A stretch of DNA of 64,000 bases from the NCBI GenBank assembly GCA_964016885.1, contig OZ024742.1, forward strand, positions 178,870,001 through 178,934,000, read 5' to 3'. The DNA comes from Eledone cirrhosa. Lineage: Eukaryota. Shown here piece after piece: positions 1 through 13,748 of the stretch. Numbering within the stretch: the first letter of the stretch is position 1; the number at the start of each line of letters is the position of its first letter. Under the pieces are notes generated by a model. It was not told the DNA's origin, made no database searches, and worked only from the letters and a program-made list of their open reading frames with translations. The position numbers and the translations under genes were made by a program.

Positions 1-87
1 CTCGGTAAATGTCTTCCATTATACCTCAATCATATTTTATATGTAGATTGGCCATATGAAGAGAAGGGGGGGGGGGGCGGTATACAG

Positions 88-240
88 AGGCGTGAAAGTG
101 GCAGAGACGTTAGAACGTCAGATAGAATACTTGTTCCGTATTTGCTCTGGCTCTGTTCGCTTTGTGTTCAAATCCCGCAGGTCAATTTTGCCTCTCATCC
201 TTTTGAAATCGGTAAAATAAAGTACCAGTCCAGTAATAAG
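88..240 (+). mobile_element. tRNA-derived SINE (diverged copy)
   Basis: A-box-like GTGGCAGAGACGTTAG, B-box-like GTTCAAATCCC, then the family core gcctctcatccttttgaaatcggtaaaataaagtaccag shared with the younger copies in this window. Confidence 0.7.
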
Positions 241-822
241 GTTGTTTCCTCTATATCTTTTTCTCGCTTTCTTGTTTTCACTTTATCAACCTCTCTCTCT
301 CTCCTTTTCTAGAAGAAACCGACTGTGGCCAGACCTGGAGAGGAGTTGGGCTAGGCTAGGTTTTAAAAAAGCCCAAAAAACGCCATATGTCAACATGGTG
401 CCCCCCCCCCCCCCCCCCCACGACTTCACCTTATGTTACGGCTCAAAGAAGATGGTAAATAGTAGCTACATTACTATTACTTATTTATTTTATCAAGTTT
501 GATTAGCATTTCTTTTTTTAAAATTTATTTTTCTTGTTTTATTTTGATTTTTTTCACATTTTATTTTTGTTATCTGTTCTAGTTGTTGTTTGTTTTCTTT
601 TTGTTTTCCGGTTGGTTCATTTTTACAAAAAAATGGAAATATTTAAAATATCTTTGAAATTGGTTAAAAAAGTTTGTTTCTTCCGGTAATTAGAGATACA
701 TCCATTGTTCATGCTGCTGTTTTGGGGTTCATTTTGTTTGTGAGTGTTGTTATTATAGTTTAAAGTGTTGGTTGGCTTGCTAGCTATCTGGCATAATACG
801 AAAAGGATCAGGACTCCGACGG

Positions 823-3800
823 CTGAAAACCATCGATGAAGAGATCCTCCTGGAAATCAACAATAAGACTGAAGGCCCCAAGGTAGAGAAGATCTCTAAA
901 TTATGGAAAGGGGACTGCAACAGAGAAGAATTGAAATCCCTTCAACGCTGGGAAAAAAGTGCCGCTTGGTTCCTAAACTATGAATCGACTTTTCAAACGG
1001 ATTACACCTCCAATAACCCGTTCATAAAAATAGGAAAATCCATAACCGAACCGCACAACAACTTCGCAAACCCACCAGCCACTAACAAAAGAAGGAAGTA
1101 CCACACCGAAGATGAACTTCCCAACCTCGCTACCATAAGAAGGAACAAAAACCCTAGAAGTCATCACTCCCAGAATAACATTTACAACTTTCCCCCTTCA
1201 AGGAGACACCATACCAAATCACTCAACTACTACGCGGATGCCTCATCATCAAACATAGCGAAAAGATACCACCACCATGATAGATGTAACAACTTCCCCG
1301 CTTCAAGGGGACAGCAAGGTAATTTCCATATTCTCAACTCTCGCTTCCACAATACACAACAAACCCACACCACACGATACAACCAACAACGTAGGCCACC
1401 TATAACACCAAAATCCAACATGGCACATAGAAACACACATCCATACTCGCAATACAGGAACACCCCATTCAATCTACAACCACGAACCCGAACCACATTT
1501 TACAACAACAAGGAATATAACAAACACAGGAGACCACTTAACATCAGCAGACAACCCCTCTACCCCAACCATTTTTTAGACACAGCACACAGATACAAGC
1601 AAACAAAATAACACAAGACAGGGAGGAGAAACCGAGAGTAATAAAAAATATCAATCTAACTACTGCAGAACCAACACCCAACCTTATCAACTTACTCTCC
1701 AAAGGTCTTAAATTCACACCGACCCCACTACGTCCTAACTACTATGAAATGAAGGAAGACATCACAAACTTCTGTAGAAAGTTACGACTCAGTGAAGAAG
1801 TATTCTACCAGTACAATCAGGATGAATCATTAGCCAGAAATAGAAGCAACTACACCTCATCAAAAGGTAGGAATAAAATCCTGGACGAATTCTGTGAACA
1901 CTTGCACAGACAAAAACACAAGCCAAACCTCAACAAGAAAGAATGGGAAGAATTAAATAGATTAAAAACCGACAGAACCATTACAATTAAAGAGGCTGAT
2001 AAAGGGAGTACAGTAGTCCTAATGGAGACAGAATTCTATATCAACTTAGCGCTCTCCACTTTGGAAAACGAAACATACTACGAAAAGGCTGAACACTACA
2101 ATCAACAGAAAATTATGAGAAACCTAAAAACTCTGATCAACCAATACAAAGAAGGACTCACTAACAAGGAATTCAGCTTCATCACAGACTTCACAAGTAA
2201 ATCCAGCCGCCTTTTCTACGGTATCCCTAAAGTACATAAAAGCGAATTAATAAGTAAGGCATGCAAGGAAGCCACAGACATAGTCATCAATGTCCCCTCA
2301 CCCAATGATCTCAAATTAAGACCTATAATAGCAGGCCCCGCTTGCTAAACCCACCTCCTTAACAACTTCATTGATACCCTTCTCAAGCCTTTTCTCAAAC
2401 ACATCAAAAGCTATATAAGGGACGACCTAGATATGCTCAATCACCTCCCTAATATGCCCCTTTCTGAACAAACCCTACTAGTGACGTTCGATGTAGTCAA
2501 CCTATACTCCAACATCCCCCACAACCTAGGAATAGAAGCTATCCAATTCTGGCTGGATAATTACCACAATGAACTCCCACAACGCATCAAAAAAGAATTC
2601 GTGATAGAAGGACTCAAATTTATCTTGGAGAACAATTACTTTGTTTTCAATAACAAAACCTACAGGCAGAAATCTGGGACCGCTATGGGAACGAAAACAG
2701 CCCCACTTATGCCAACCTAGTCATGGGATACCTGGAAATCACCCTCTACACTAAAGTACTAAACAAATTTGGAAACACTCTCCACTTACGCATAGAAAGG
2801 AACTGGAAGCGATATCTAGATGACTGCTTCATTTTTTGGCACGAAAACATCGAGAAACTTAAAGAATTTCACACCCTTATAAATGGGCTCAACACGAATA
2901 TTAACTTTACGATGGAATACAGCCATCAACAACTCCCCTTCCTCGACATTCTCATTAAGATTCATAACAAAAAAATTGAAACATATACTACAAGCCCACA
3001 GACTCCAAGCAATATCTTCCTTTCAACTCTTGCCACACTAGACACGTTAAAATTAATATTCCCTACAACTTAGCCAAGAGAATCTGTACTATAATATCCA
3101 ATAAAAGCACCTGTTACTTACGGCTACAAGAAATAAAGGACACACTCATAGGCAGGGACTACCCTGCATCACTAATTGACAATGGAATCCAACGTGCCCT
3201 AAAACTCAGTACCCAGGACCTTAGACACCCTAAAGTAAATCAACCGAAACTAAAAGCTCTTCCATACATCTCCACACAAAACCCCCTCAACAATGAGGCC
3301 TTTGACACCATCCTCCAGAACATCCCTGTGTTAAAAAAGGACCATAGAATGAACCAAATCCTACGAACACACGATATCATAAAGAGCAAAAGACAATCTA
3401 AGTTAATGAAAAACATCCTAACACATGCCAAAGTACTGCCAACCACAACAATGAAACCCACAGTAAAAAAATGCGATAGACCCAACTGTGGCATATGCAT
3501 CAACCTAATAGAGGGTTCGGAATTCTATTTCAAAGAAGGACAACGTTTTATAGTAAAACACAATTTTACATGCGCATCAGAAAATCTAATATATGTATTA
3601 ACTTGCTCAGGTTGTCGAGAACAATACATAGGCCAGACCAAAAACAGCCTCCGCCAACGCATGACTGTCCATAGATCCCTAAATTAAAATACGGGAATAC
3701 AGGAAAATACCACTGAGTGAACACATTGATACCTGTGCCGCCCAAAATCATCCCAACTTTAGAATCTTTCCCCTCTACAAATTTAAAGATAATGCCACCC

Positions 3801-3870
3801 ACACCCAGCGCATCAGCAAGGAATCTCACTTTATTAACAAATACGGAACCCGTGTAAACACTTCTCCCTA
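823..3870 (+). mobile_element. Penelope-like retroelement (RT + GIY-YIG endonuclease), 5'-truncated, disrupted by stops/frameshifts
   Basis: Consecutive ORF fragments give IKEADKGSTVV, FYGIPKVHK, LRPII, FDVVNLYSNIP, QKSGTAMGT, RYLDD and LPFLDI (PLE RT motifs), then CxxxxCxxC and NLIYVLTCSGCREQYIGQTKNSLRQRMTVH (GIY-YIG). Confidence 0.95.
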
Positions 3871-4542
3871 AGACAAACCCACAGCATACACACGTCAACA
3901 TACATACCTACATCAGCATACATCCTACATACATCTCTATCCACATATAAACACAATGACATACGTAAACACACATGTTCTATGGTGCAACACAAATATA
4001 CACAAAGTTGCATGCCTTTTGATGTCTATAGATATAAACGTGCCGACACACACACATACATATACGCACACATGCATTGCACACTGATGGGCAAATACAT
4101 ATTTGTACACAAGTATTCCAATACGGCAGGGCCTAATGGATTCCCCTTGCAGTACGTACAATCTGGACACTCACACACACCTTGGTGTTATGACAATACT
4201 ATATATCATTTCACACCTTTTATTATTAAGGTTTTTGATGTTCTATTGAGAGAATCGTTTTTACTGAAAATATCGAATAATGTACACCATTTTTACCAGT
4301 ATCACAAAAATACTGGTCCACCCATCCACACACACACACATACACACATATACACACACACACACATATATAGACACACACATACAGACGCGTACACTAA
4401 CATACAAAGAGACATATACACACACACACACATACTTCTCCGTATAAGACAAGAGCTGAAAAATATCTAACATGTTAAAATATCCCCCACACACGTACAG
4501 ACACATTCCTACTGACCGATCCCTCTACCACGAATTACTCTG

Positions 4543-4623
<81 letters not shown>

Positions 4624-5193
4624 TCTTAATAGGCACCTGAACAGTTGACCTGTCAACATGACTGCAATTCACACACATATCCATACTGACCATTATCACA
4701 ACAATGAACCTCTTTACTACTACTACACACACACACCCACACACACACATATTTGTCTTAAAAGACTTATTTTTCAGTGACTTCTCAATCAGCCGAGACA
4801 AACCTACATTTGGCGCAAAATCAATTTTTAATATTTACATGACCTCTACCGACCAATCAAAATTGTTTTGACCACAAGAATTTTTGCAACACGAATTGGC
4901 GGCGTGAAACTTATTTTAATACATCTGGAGCCACTTTTTTCACATAAAACAGGTAGAATTTCCCAAACTAATCAGATTAGAGCAAACACCACGGGCGCTC
5001 TATCTCAAAATTATTTTTGAAAAACATTAGAAATGCGCAACCGGTAAAAACTTAGAACCAAAATTGAATACTAACCAATACTTATTACTAATTTTTACTT
5101 ATTCCTAATTAAACTATTTTTCACTGGGAACAATTTGTCAGCATTTTCTTTTCTTTTTACCAATATATCATAACTCGTGTGTTACACCTCTAT

Positions 5194-5260
<67 letters not shown>

Positions 5261-5263
<3 letters not shown>

Positions 5264-5366
5264 GGTGTCCCAAAAAATGTATACACATTTAACTACCTGT
5301 ACAGGCAATATTTATTAGAATGTTGTTGAACTGTGTATATATTTTTAAATTTTTTTGGATACCGTG
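5261..5366. mobile_element. Tc1/mariner-type MITE
   Basis: Terminal inverted repeat CAGGGTGTCCCAAAA flanked by TA; second copy at 56922-57000. Confidence 0.75.
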
Positions 5367-5400
5367 TATATATATATGTATATATATATATATATATATA

Positions 5401-5817
5401 TTTCGTTTCTGAATTTGTTTAGCAAGATTCTTTATCTGAAATCGTGTGTTTCAACACACGATTTCAGATAAAGAATCTTGCTAAACAAATTGTTATACTG
5501 TTATACTGTTATATTGTTATACTTTGGGAGGGTCATGTTGCCAATAAGAAACAAAATGGCGTAGGACAGAAGAAAGGAAAGGCACAGAAATAAAGAAAGG
5601 AATCCCCAGTCACTGAAGAGGTCACAGAGTGTGTGACGAAAGGACTATGACTATATATAAACAACTATCTGGTTGTGGAACCAACCAACCAACCAGAAAT
5701 TTATAGATTTGTAGATTTGTAAATTTATAAATTTATAAATATATAATAAATTGAAGTGAATGCAACTGGTGCGTGTGTTTCTTATTGGCAACATGACCCT
5801 CCTAAAGTATAACAATA
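5401..5817. mobile_element. Family A inverted pLTR-like mini-element
   Basis: Antisense 3' end followed by a sense arm, between (TA)n tracts; related pieces at 29001-29318, 29618-29670, 52238-52360 and 58025-58248. Confidence 0.75.
5608..5652 (+). ncRNA. Minimal hammerhead ribozyme motif (family A)
   Basis: AGTCA-CTGAAGA-G-GTCACA gagtg TGTGAC-GAAA-GGAC-TA-TGACT; stems I and II pair. Confidence 0.7.
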
Positions 5818-5940
5818 TATATATATATATATGCAAAAGTTTTATTTAAAATTGTTGGGTTACAACAAGGCAGCCTCCTAATTTAATGGTCGCTTATATT
5901 ATGGTACGTCAAAATTATTTATAAAACTGTTTATATATTG

Positions 5941-6006
5941 TATTTTATCTGACGAAGGCATGCCATATTTTTAATATGGTATCCCTGAAATATGTATAAT
6001 GAAATA
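5941..6006 (+). ncRNA. Minimal hammerhead ribozyme motif (family B)
   Basis: TATTTTAT-CTGACGA-AGG..CCATATT/AATATGG..CCT-GAAA-TATGTA-TA-ATGAAATA; identical copy on the minus strand at 57812-57877. Confidence 0.85.
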
Positions 6007-6046
6007 AATATGGTTTTATAAATATAGTTTCCATTTGTTTAATATC

Positions 6047-6111
<65 letters not shown>

Positions 6112-6112
<1 letters not shown>

Positions 6113-6328
6113 ATCCTGGGTTCAATTGGGGGAACCACAGTAAGTAAGGTACTCAATACCTAGCAGAGTAGCAGAGTTTAAATATTTAATATATATATAT
6201 ATATACATTACAGGTATATATATATATATACCTGTAATGTATATATATATATATTAAATATTTAAACTCTGCTACTCTGCTAGGTATTGAGTACCTTACT
6301 TACTGTGGTTCCCCCAATTGAACCCAGG

Positions 6329-6331
<3 letters not shown>
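6112..6331. repeat. Palindromic pair of family H 3' tails
   Basis: tatcctgggttcaattgggg... is mirrored by ...cccccaattgaacccaggata; the same tail follows the ribozymes at 51585-51810 and 53645-53830. Confidence 0.8.
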
Positions 6332-6374
<43 letters not shown>

Positions 6375-6393
6375 GTATATATATATATATAAT

Positions 6394-6445
<52 letters not shown>

Positions 6446-6457
6446 TATAATATATAT

Positions 6458-6527
<70 letters not shown>

Positions 6528-6561
6528 TATACATATATTATATATATATATATATACATAT

Positions 6562-6644
<83 letters not shown>

Positions 6645-7016
6645 AGGGGAATGTTGGATGTTGGCAGATAGAATATAGAGTCAAATTGCATTCTTTACAA
6701 TATTTTGTTACTATTTAGTCATATACTCAATCAGCAACTGCCTTGAAATAATTTCAACGTTGAATTTTTCTATTCGGTTCTCCTCAGAAAAATATAAAAC
6801 AGTAATATTAACATATACTCCTTTCATCCTTCTTTCTTTCCTTTATTCATTCCTAACAGAATAAAGCCTTATGGCAGCTCTAGAGATATCATTTAATGTA
6901 ATGAGTGTCAAATTTTCATCACCTTTGAGTTTTAATGGGGAATATGTATGAGATATTAAAGTACTTTTTTTCCCCAGAAAATAAATTCGAAAATAAACAC
7001 ACAGGAGGGAGGCTTA

Positions 7017-7384
7017 CAGGTACTCTCAGGTCTTGAATACCGCCCCTCCCCCGGTTAGTAATTTTTCAAATTTTTTCCAACCACACCACTTTTATTTCAA
7101 ACCTCCCGCTTATCAAATTTTGGTAATCTATCTCCGTCGAAATTTTTCGTAAATGATTCATATAGATATAGCAGCTGGAGAAGCTAATATTTTATTTTAC
7201 ATAAAAAACAACAACAAAAAACATTACATATGACAAAAAAGAACATTACAAGAAATCCCATATTTACGAACGCACTACACTATACAATTACCGATTCCAC
7301 CCGCGCTTATAAGAATTTAAGCAAATGTTCAATCCCACCTTGCTTATTCTAACTACGCTATTACTTGGGACCCGAGAGTACCTG
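7017..7384. mobile_element. Probable MITE
   Basis: Terminal inverted repeats caggtactctcaggtc / gacccgagagtacctg. Confidence 0.55.
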
Positions 7385-8559
7385 TCGGAGATTCCAGGGT
7401 GTACAAAATCTAGAGAGGTGGGATTCTCTGACTCAATATAAACAATGGGTACCTGTTATAGGTGTAACTCAAAATGAGGTAACTCAAAATGTTTCTCATA
7501 TTTTATGTTATATTTTGTTTGAATTACTGTGTGTATTATATTTTTGTATCTATTTCGTGTTTTATACTTTCAATCCATCTGTTGTATAACGTCCATGGCA
7601 TTACCTTCGTTTATATATATAGCGGACACTCAAACCAAAAATATACACATTTCTTTAGTCCGCTCTCTTCCATGCCTCGGAAATGTTACCTTTTAATCAA
7701 TTTTTGTTGTCTGAAGAAATCACGACATCTATCGTCATTGAAATACGTATAACGGCTCAATTTCCTCTTTATTAATATACTCTGTCATCCTTGTATTTAG
7801 GAAGTAATATGACGTTGAATGCTAGAAGTGAATTGCATCCTTGTGTACCGAATATGTATATATATATATATAAATTAGAGAAGAAGACTTAAATCGTTCG
7901 TTTGTTTTATCTTGGACTGTTTCAGCTTTGCATCTGAAAAGAGGGTAATAGCCATGAAATATCATGCAAAAACACACTGGGTAAAACATTACTTTATTTT
8001 GTTTCATTTACCATCATTTGCCCTTCGCATTTTCTAACGCATTGTACCGGTTTTTACAAAATTATCGGTTATTTACTACAGAGCTTACAAGGCTGTCTTC
8101 TTATTAACTACACTACTATATATATATATATATATTGTAGATATTTAAAGATCCGTATATAACGATGGAAAAGGTAATCGTATTAAGAAATTGTACATCT
8201 AACAATATTAGAGTGAGCACCACACAATAAAACTTTGGGTAAACTGAGTATAAGGTTCATGAGAGAAGACTTCGAGGTACGAAGTGGTATGGTTGAAACG
8301 CAATCATTGCACCCCCTTCTAAACCCAAAACAAAAATAATAGCATACTATAAAATCTCAAAATGCCATTGGGCTGCAAAGAGAATATTCTTGGTTTATTT
8401 CGAAGGATCTCTGCTGGTTTCAACGATGAGTATTCTAATAACCTGGTCAATGGAATAACCTGCTTATGATATTAACATGTAAGTAGCTGGGCATTCCACA
8501 GATATGTGTACCCATAACGTATTTCTCTGGGAGATTAACCGTGACACAGCGTGTGACAA

Positions 8560-8745
8560 GGCTGACCCTTTGAATTACAAGTATGACGTGCTTGCAAACG
8601 GTTTCTGTCTCTTCTGTTTCACTCACAAGACATGGCTGGAACCAAGTCTTTGGTAAATGACACTTGTCCAAGATGCCACGCAATAGGATCGAACTCGGGA
8701 CCAAATAATTGTGAAGAAAATCTCATAACCTTTCGGCCATGTTGT
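8560..8745 (-). mobile_element. Second tRNA-derived SINE family (diverged)
   Basis: Minus strand shows a B-box-like gagttcgatcc followed by gtggcatcttggacaagtgtc; relatives at 28390-28545, 49040-49300 and 61540-61780. Confidence 0.55.
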
Positions 8746-10534
8746 GTCTACGGCGTTTTATTTAGTGTGTGAAAGATACACCGCTTTGGCAGTCGATGTT
8801 CCATCTATAACCTACAAATTGACAGTGGTAAAAAAAAAAGAAGAAACAAAGGCAACCACGAGTCTCGAATACAGAATAATGTAAAAAAGAAAAAAGGTTT
8901 TAACCAAGAATCGAATCTGTTTATTTTTTAGATTTCGCTCGTTGGAGGTTTATCCTTACTATACAGTAAATATTTAGACCACAACCGAATGACCTTGCCT
9001 TATAACAAGTTACACCCGGTAATGGCTATATTAGAATTTTTCAAAGACATGGAATTCAAAAGAGTAAACAAATCTACTCCGATATATTTAGTCAGTTCAA
9101 ACTTTTGTTTATTTTCTGTCATTTCATTTTGATTTTTTAAAATTATTGTTTTAGTTTTTGTTGTTGTAGTTGTTGCTGATGCTGTGGTTTCTTTTGTGTG
9201 AAAATTTGTTTTAAAAAATACCATTGATTTTTATTGCTTGTTCTGTAATTAACAGTTTATTTTTGGTTAATTTAACATTTATATTTAAGAGCAGTGGGAT
9301 CAGCAGGATTGTTAAATCGTCCGACAAAACACTTTGCCATATTTAATTAAGATTCCTTGCGCCCTGCATTCACAAGTTCAGGTCATCTTTGCTTTTTATC
9401 CTTCCGAGTTAAAAACAAAAATATAAGTTCAAATCCTGCCGGGAATAACTCTGCATTTTTTCATCTTTGTGTGTCCATGAAATAACCGACTGATATCTTT
9501 CGACCAAAATTTCCGGCTTTGTGTATGCGTAAGGAATCATTTATATTTTCGAGTTCCAGAAACCGCATCGTTCATGAATTTAAGCGAGTTGGGTTGACAG
9601 GGTTCAATATAATCGAATATAATTGATTATTCTTTCCCCATAATTTCTGATATTTGTGACTATGTTAAAATTTAACATACACTTTATATATACACCTTCT
9701 TTACATCGATAAACATATAGCATTGATAAATCTATTCCTTAATACTCAAGTCTTTTTTCGTTTCATTGTTTATTATAGGACTCGAACAAATAAGTTCCAA
9801 TAATACACTGAAAGAACGTCTAAATCTCGACGGCTGTCAAACTTTTCACCCATTTTACGTATTTAATTCAAAGTATGAGGATAGGGAAGGTTATTGGTGT
9901 GTTGATGTAGCGTGGATAATATGATGAAGATGTGTAGAGGAATGGTAGGATTATCATGGGGGAAATAATTTAGTCAACATTTAAATACAGCTTTAATCTG
10001 TACTTTGGTCTTTCCTTGCTTTATTATTTTTTTAATTTTGTAATAAAATTGTCCAGGAATAAAATATTTGGTGGTTTAATCCACGTTTCTTCATTGATTG
10101 TTGCTAATGTTATTGTTGTAGCTGTTGCTGTTGTTGTTGTTATTATGTAGGTCAGTTCCGATTGAGTAGAACTATGATCAAACGCATTCTTTCAGCCATA
10201 ACCATCTTGTCTTTAATGTTTTATTAGGCAGTGAGAATGATTTGAGCTGCTGTTTCTAGCAAAGCACATAACCATGCAGAAGACTTTCTCATTGCGTCCT
10301 CATTGGATGAGTACACTTGTGGTACATAGTTATTATTTTTATTATCATTTCTCCACAAGAATTGTTTTAATAATCAGTAAAATAAGAATAAATAATAAAT
10401 GTTTCCTTGACCAAAATTGAAATAACAACAACAGCAACAACAAGAAAACAAACAAAAAAACAAACAAGCAAACAATTAAAGAAAAAAACAACTGCTAGAA
10501 CGAGTTTTTCACATAAACAATCATAACAGTCATG

Positions 10535-10765
10535 TCATGGTGAAGCTGTACTGGATATTTCTCCGGATGCTTGGAGTCCTAATCCGATATCGATTGATAC
10601 ACTTTCTGGAACAGGGTCTAGAGTTAACACATCGATTCTTTCATCGTCTGTTTTACATGCGTTAGAATCGTCTTTATTTGTCAATAAATCTCCATCAACC
10701 GTTCCTTTCTGAGATTCCTCTCGTTTTTGTCTCCGCCATTTTGCACGTCTGTTTTTAAACCAAAC
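10535..10765 (-). CDS. gsc: goosecoid, terminal coding exon (homeodomain helix 3 and C-terminus)
   Basis: Acceptor ttttccattccacag| then VWFKNRRAKWRRQKREESQK...SSTASP*. K50 residue. Joins in phase 0 to the exon at 15468-15676. Not in the ORF track because it lacks a start codon. Confidence 0.92.
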   Translation of the reverse strand, partial: VWFKNRRAKWRRQKREESQKGTVDGDLLTNKDDSNACKTDDERIDVLTLDPVPESVSIDIGLGLQASGEISSTASP

Positions 10766-10823
10766 CTGTGGAATGGAAAAAGAAATTTGTATTGAGTTAT
10801 TTCAAAATTATATGTATATAACT

Positions 10824-11002
10824 GTTTCTACTTTTGGCACAAGGCCAGCAATTACCCAGTGTATTACTGGTACTTTATTTTATCGACCCCGTAAGGATGA
10901 AAGGCAAAGTTAACCTCGGCGGGATTTGAACTCAGATCATAAAGGGACGTAACTCTATGCTTCAAAGCATGGTGTCCGACTCTCTACCGATACTGCCAAT
11001 CC
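10824..11002 (-). mobile_element. tRNA-derived SINE (Meta-core-like), young copy
   Basis: Minus strand: A box TGGCAGTATCGG, B box GAGTTCAAATCC, core gcctttcatccttacggggtcgataaaataaagtaccag. Confidence 0.85.
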
Positions 11003-11395
11003 AGTAATAAACGGAATACATAACACTATAGCATCGTTATTTATTTCATTATATATATTTCAAGGATACTAAATTAAATTATAAATGCTAAACGGGTATG
11101 TATATACCCGTTTAGAATTGATCGTATACGGTCTCTTTCACGAGTATGTAATATAACATTTTAAACATCTAGTATTGTATTTTGTCTGAAGAAGGCATAC
11201 TATAATTTAGTATTCCTGAAATATATATAATGAAATAAATAACGATGCTATAGTGTTATGTATTCCGCTTATTACTATTATTATCATAATACTCCAAATT
11301 AATTTATTTGTCGAGTGCTTCGTATCTGTTATGAACAAATTCTGTTGATTACATATCAACGAAGTCTCTAACTCATTGTTTATAACAAATTTTAT
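11003..11395. mobile_element. Family B-like inverted mini-element with hammerhead at about 11178-11237 (+)
   Basis: Arms 11003-11076 / 11203-11276; TTTTGT-CTGAAGA-AGG.ATACTA/TAGTAT.CCT-GAAA-TATATA-TA-ATGAAA; tail hairpin ACTC...GAGTGCT. Confidence 0.8.
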
Positions 11396-11539
11396 ATAGA
11401 AATGGATTTTACAGGACTAGAACTGTTTCATTCGAAGGAAATCACCAGGAAAAATTGTTGTATACACTCTACTAATCTACTAATGTATTTACTGTGGTTA
11501 CCGCCGATTGAACACGGGACTCATATATATATATATATA

Positions 11540-11731
11540 TAGGAACATGTATGACCCCGACGGCACAGCTCAAGCCGTTTCGACGGCTATTTCAGTCCAA
11601 AAATAGCCGTCGAAAGGCTTGAGCTCTGCCGTCGGGGTCCTACATTTTCCTATTACCCACTCTACTACCATAAGTATTGAGTACTCTGGTGCGTTATGGT
11701 CCATCTGGTTCCTTACCACAACTCCTTCGTT
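11540..11731. mobile_element. Family C inverted mini-element (3' half of a hammerhead)
   Basis: Palindrome carrying GAAA-CGGC..GCCG-TC-GGGGTCC; further copies at 25373-25510 and 26312-26521, tails at 49441-49501 and 54935-55020. Confidence 0.7.
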
Positions 11732-11740
11732 ATATATATA

Positions 11741-11916
11741 TTGCCTTGTCCGATGAACGAATGAGGACGTTTTTTGTATCCTCTTATTCGAGAAACCTCT
11801 GGTAATGAGGTAATTATATTGTATTGTTTATTATACATTAAATTTAGCTCTGGTACTTACATAGAGCACTCTTCACTCCTATGTCTTTTTCAATTTTCAA
11901 CGGAAACTTCAATACT
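11741..11916 (+). mobile_element. Family G pLTR fragment with mutated hammerhead
   Basis: Reverse complement of 36901-37077; the core here reads CCGATGA. Confidence 0.75.
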
Positions 11917-11942
11917 TATATATATATATATATATATATATC

Positions 11943-11981
<39 letters not shown>

Positions 11982-12095
11982 TATATATGTATATATATAT
12001 ATGTATACATATATAATATATATATGTATATATATATATGTATACATATATAATATATATATGTATATATATATATGTATACATATATATATATA

Positions 12096-12154
<59 letters not shown>

Positions 12155-12183
12155 TGAAGTTTCCGTTGAAAATTATATATATA

Positions 12184-12239
<56 letters not shown>

Positions 12240-12246
12240 ATATATA

Positions 12247-12747
12247 TAAATTAATAAAAATAATGAATAAAAACAAAGAAACAGTTCCTTATATTAAAAA
12301 ATTCATCATTTTACGATCGTTTCTAGGATATATATGTTTGTGTTGGTATGTATATCATATAGATCTATGTAAAATTTTTACAAACTATCAGAGGGAATAT
12401 ACATACCTACACATATATATGCTGTCTTCAGAAATTATTTCTGAAGACATCATATATATGTGTAGGTATGTATATTCCCTCTGATAGTTTGTAAAAATTT
12501 TACATAGATCTATATGATATACATACCAACACAAACATATATATCCTAGAAACGATCGTAAAATGATGAATTTTTTAATATAAGGAACTGTTTCTTTGTT
12601 TTTTATTCATTATTTTTATTAATTTATCTTGACCCTGTTTTCCTGTATTTTTCATCAGAAAAAATTTTTTGAATACATCTCTTTTCATGATATTCGGATT
12701 ACATTGAGTTCTTCATACGGATTGGACACTACCGTACATTTATCTAC

Positions 12748-12748
<1 letters not shown>
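12247..12748. mobile_element. Near-perfect ~380 bp palindrome with long-stem-II hammerhead (12435-12566 +) plus tail
   Basis: Arms 12247-12434 / 12437-12626; TTATTT-CTGAAGA...GAAA-CGATCG-TA-AAATGA; partial copy at 57639-57720. Confidence 0.8.
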
Positions 12749-12789
<41 letters not shown>

Positions 12790-12859
12790 TATGTATACAT
12801 ATATATATGTATACATATATATATATATAATATATATATGTATATATATATATGTATAC

Positions 12860-12914
<55 letters not shown>

Positions 12915-12916
<2 letters not shown>

Positions 12917-13332
12917 AAGGTTAAACAAGGTTCAATGAATAAATCCAAGAATAAAGTTTTACAATAGATTAGATGCACTCCACATATATGGTTTTCCGGA
13001 GTTATTAATATTAATTCAAAATATTAACAAAAATAGACGTCCTTGTGATCAGGTATATTTTATTATACATATTTCAGAGGTACTGAGCTATCTTCAACAT
13101 ACGTCCTCATCAGATAAAATAAGATGATGCATAACATACCCTGACTAAATAGATGGTTAACATTCAGCCATGACTTAATTTTAACCATCTACTTAGTCAG
13201 CGTATGTCATGCATCATCTTATTTTATCTAATGAGGACGTATGTTGAAGATAGCTCAGTACCTCTGAAATATGTATAATAAAATATACTTGATCACAAGA
13301 ACGTCTATTTTTGTTAATATTTTGAATTAATA
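12915..13332. mobile_element. Inverted mini-element with hammerhead at 13056-13121 (-)
   Basis: TATTTTAT-CTGATGA-GG..CT-GAAA-TATGTA-TA-ATAAAATA on the minus strand; the mirror copy near 13220-13287 has CTAATGA. Confidence 0.85.
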
Positions 13333-13344
13333 TATATATATATA

Positions 13345-13442
13345 CAATATGTAGAAATGGTAACACACTAGAGAGAGAGAGAGAGAGAGGGGGAGAGGGA
13401 GAGAGAGAGAGAGAAAGAGGGAGAGAGAGAGATAGAGAGAGA

Positions 13443-13473
<31 letters not shown>

Positions 13474-13691
13474 TGTGTGTGTGTGTGAAATCAATAAAAC
13501 AGAGAAGCCACCAGTGTATGAGATCTATAACCTATGGAAGGCAGGGTAGACACAATAATTAAAAATATAAATTAAAATGCGCATACGCACCTCTATAACT
13601 ATATAACACACACATACAAATCCAAAAAGATCTGTTTCGCCAGGAAATTATTGACTGAAATGCAATTATTGACTGTTTTATTGATTTCACA

Positions 13692-13748
<57 letters not shown>

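Noticed and set aside
3870-5200. Expected hammerhead in the 3' region of the Penelope element
   Set aside because: No CTGANGA...GAAA with pairing stems found by eye.
6280-6691. The many [18 protein letters not shown] ORFs throughout the ORF track
   Set aside because: Translations of (TA)n and (CA)n microsatellites, not genes.
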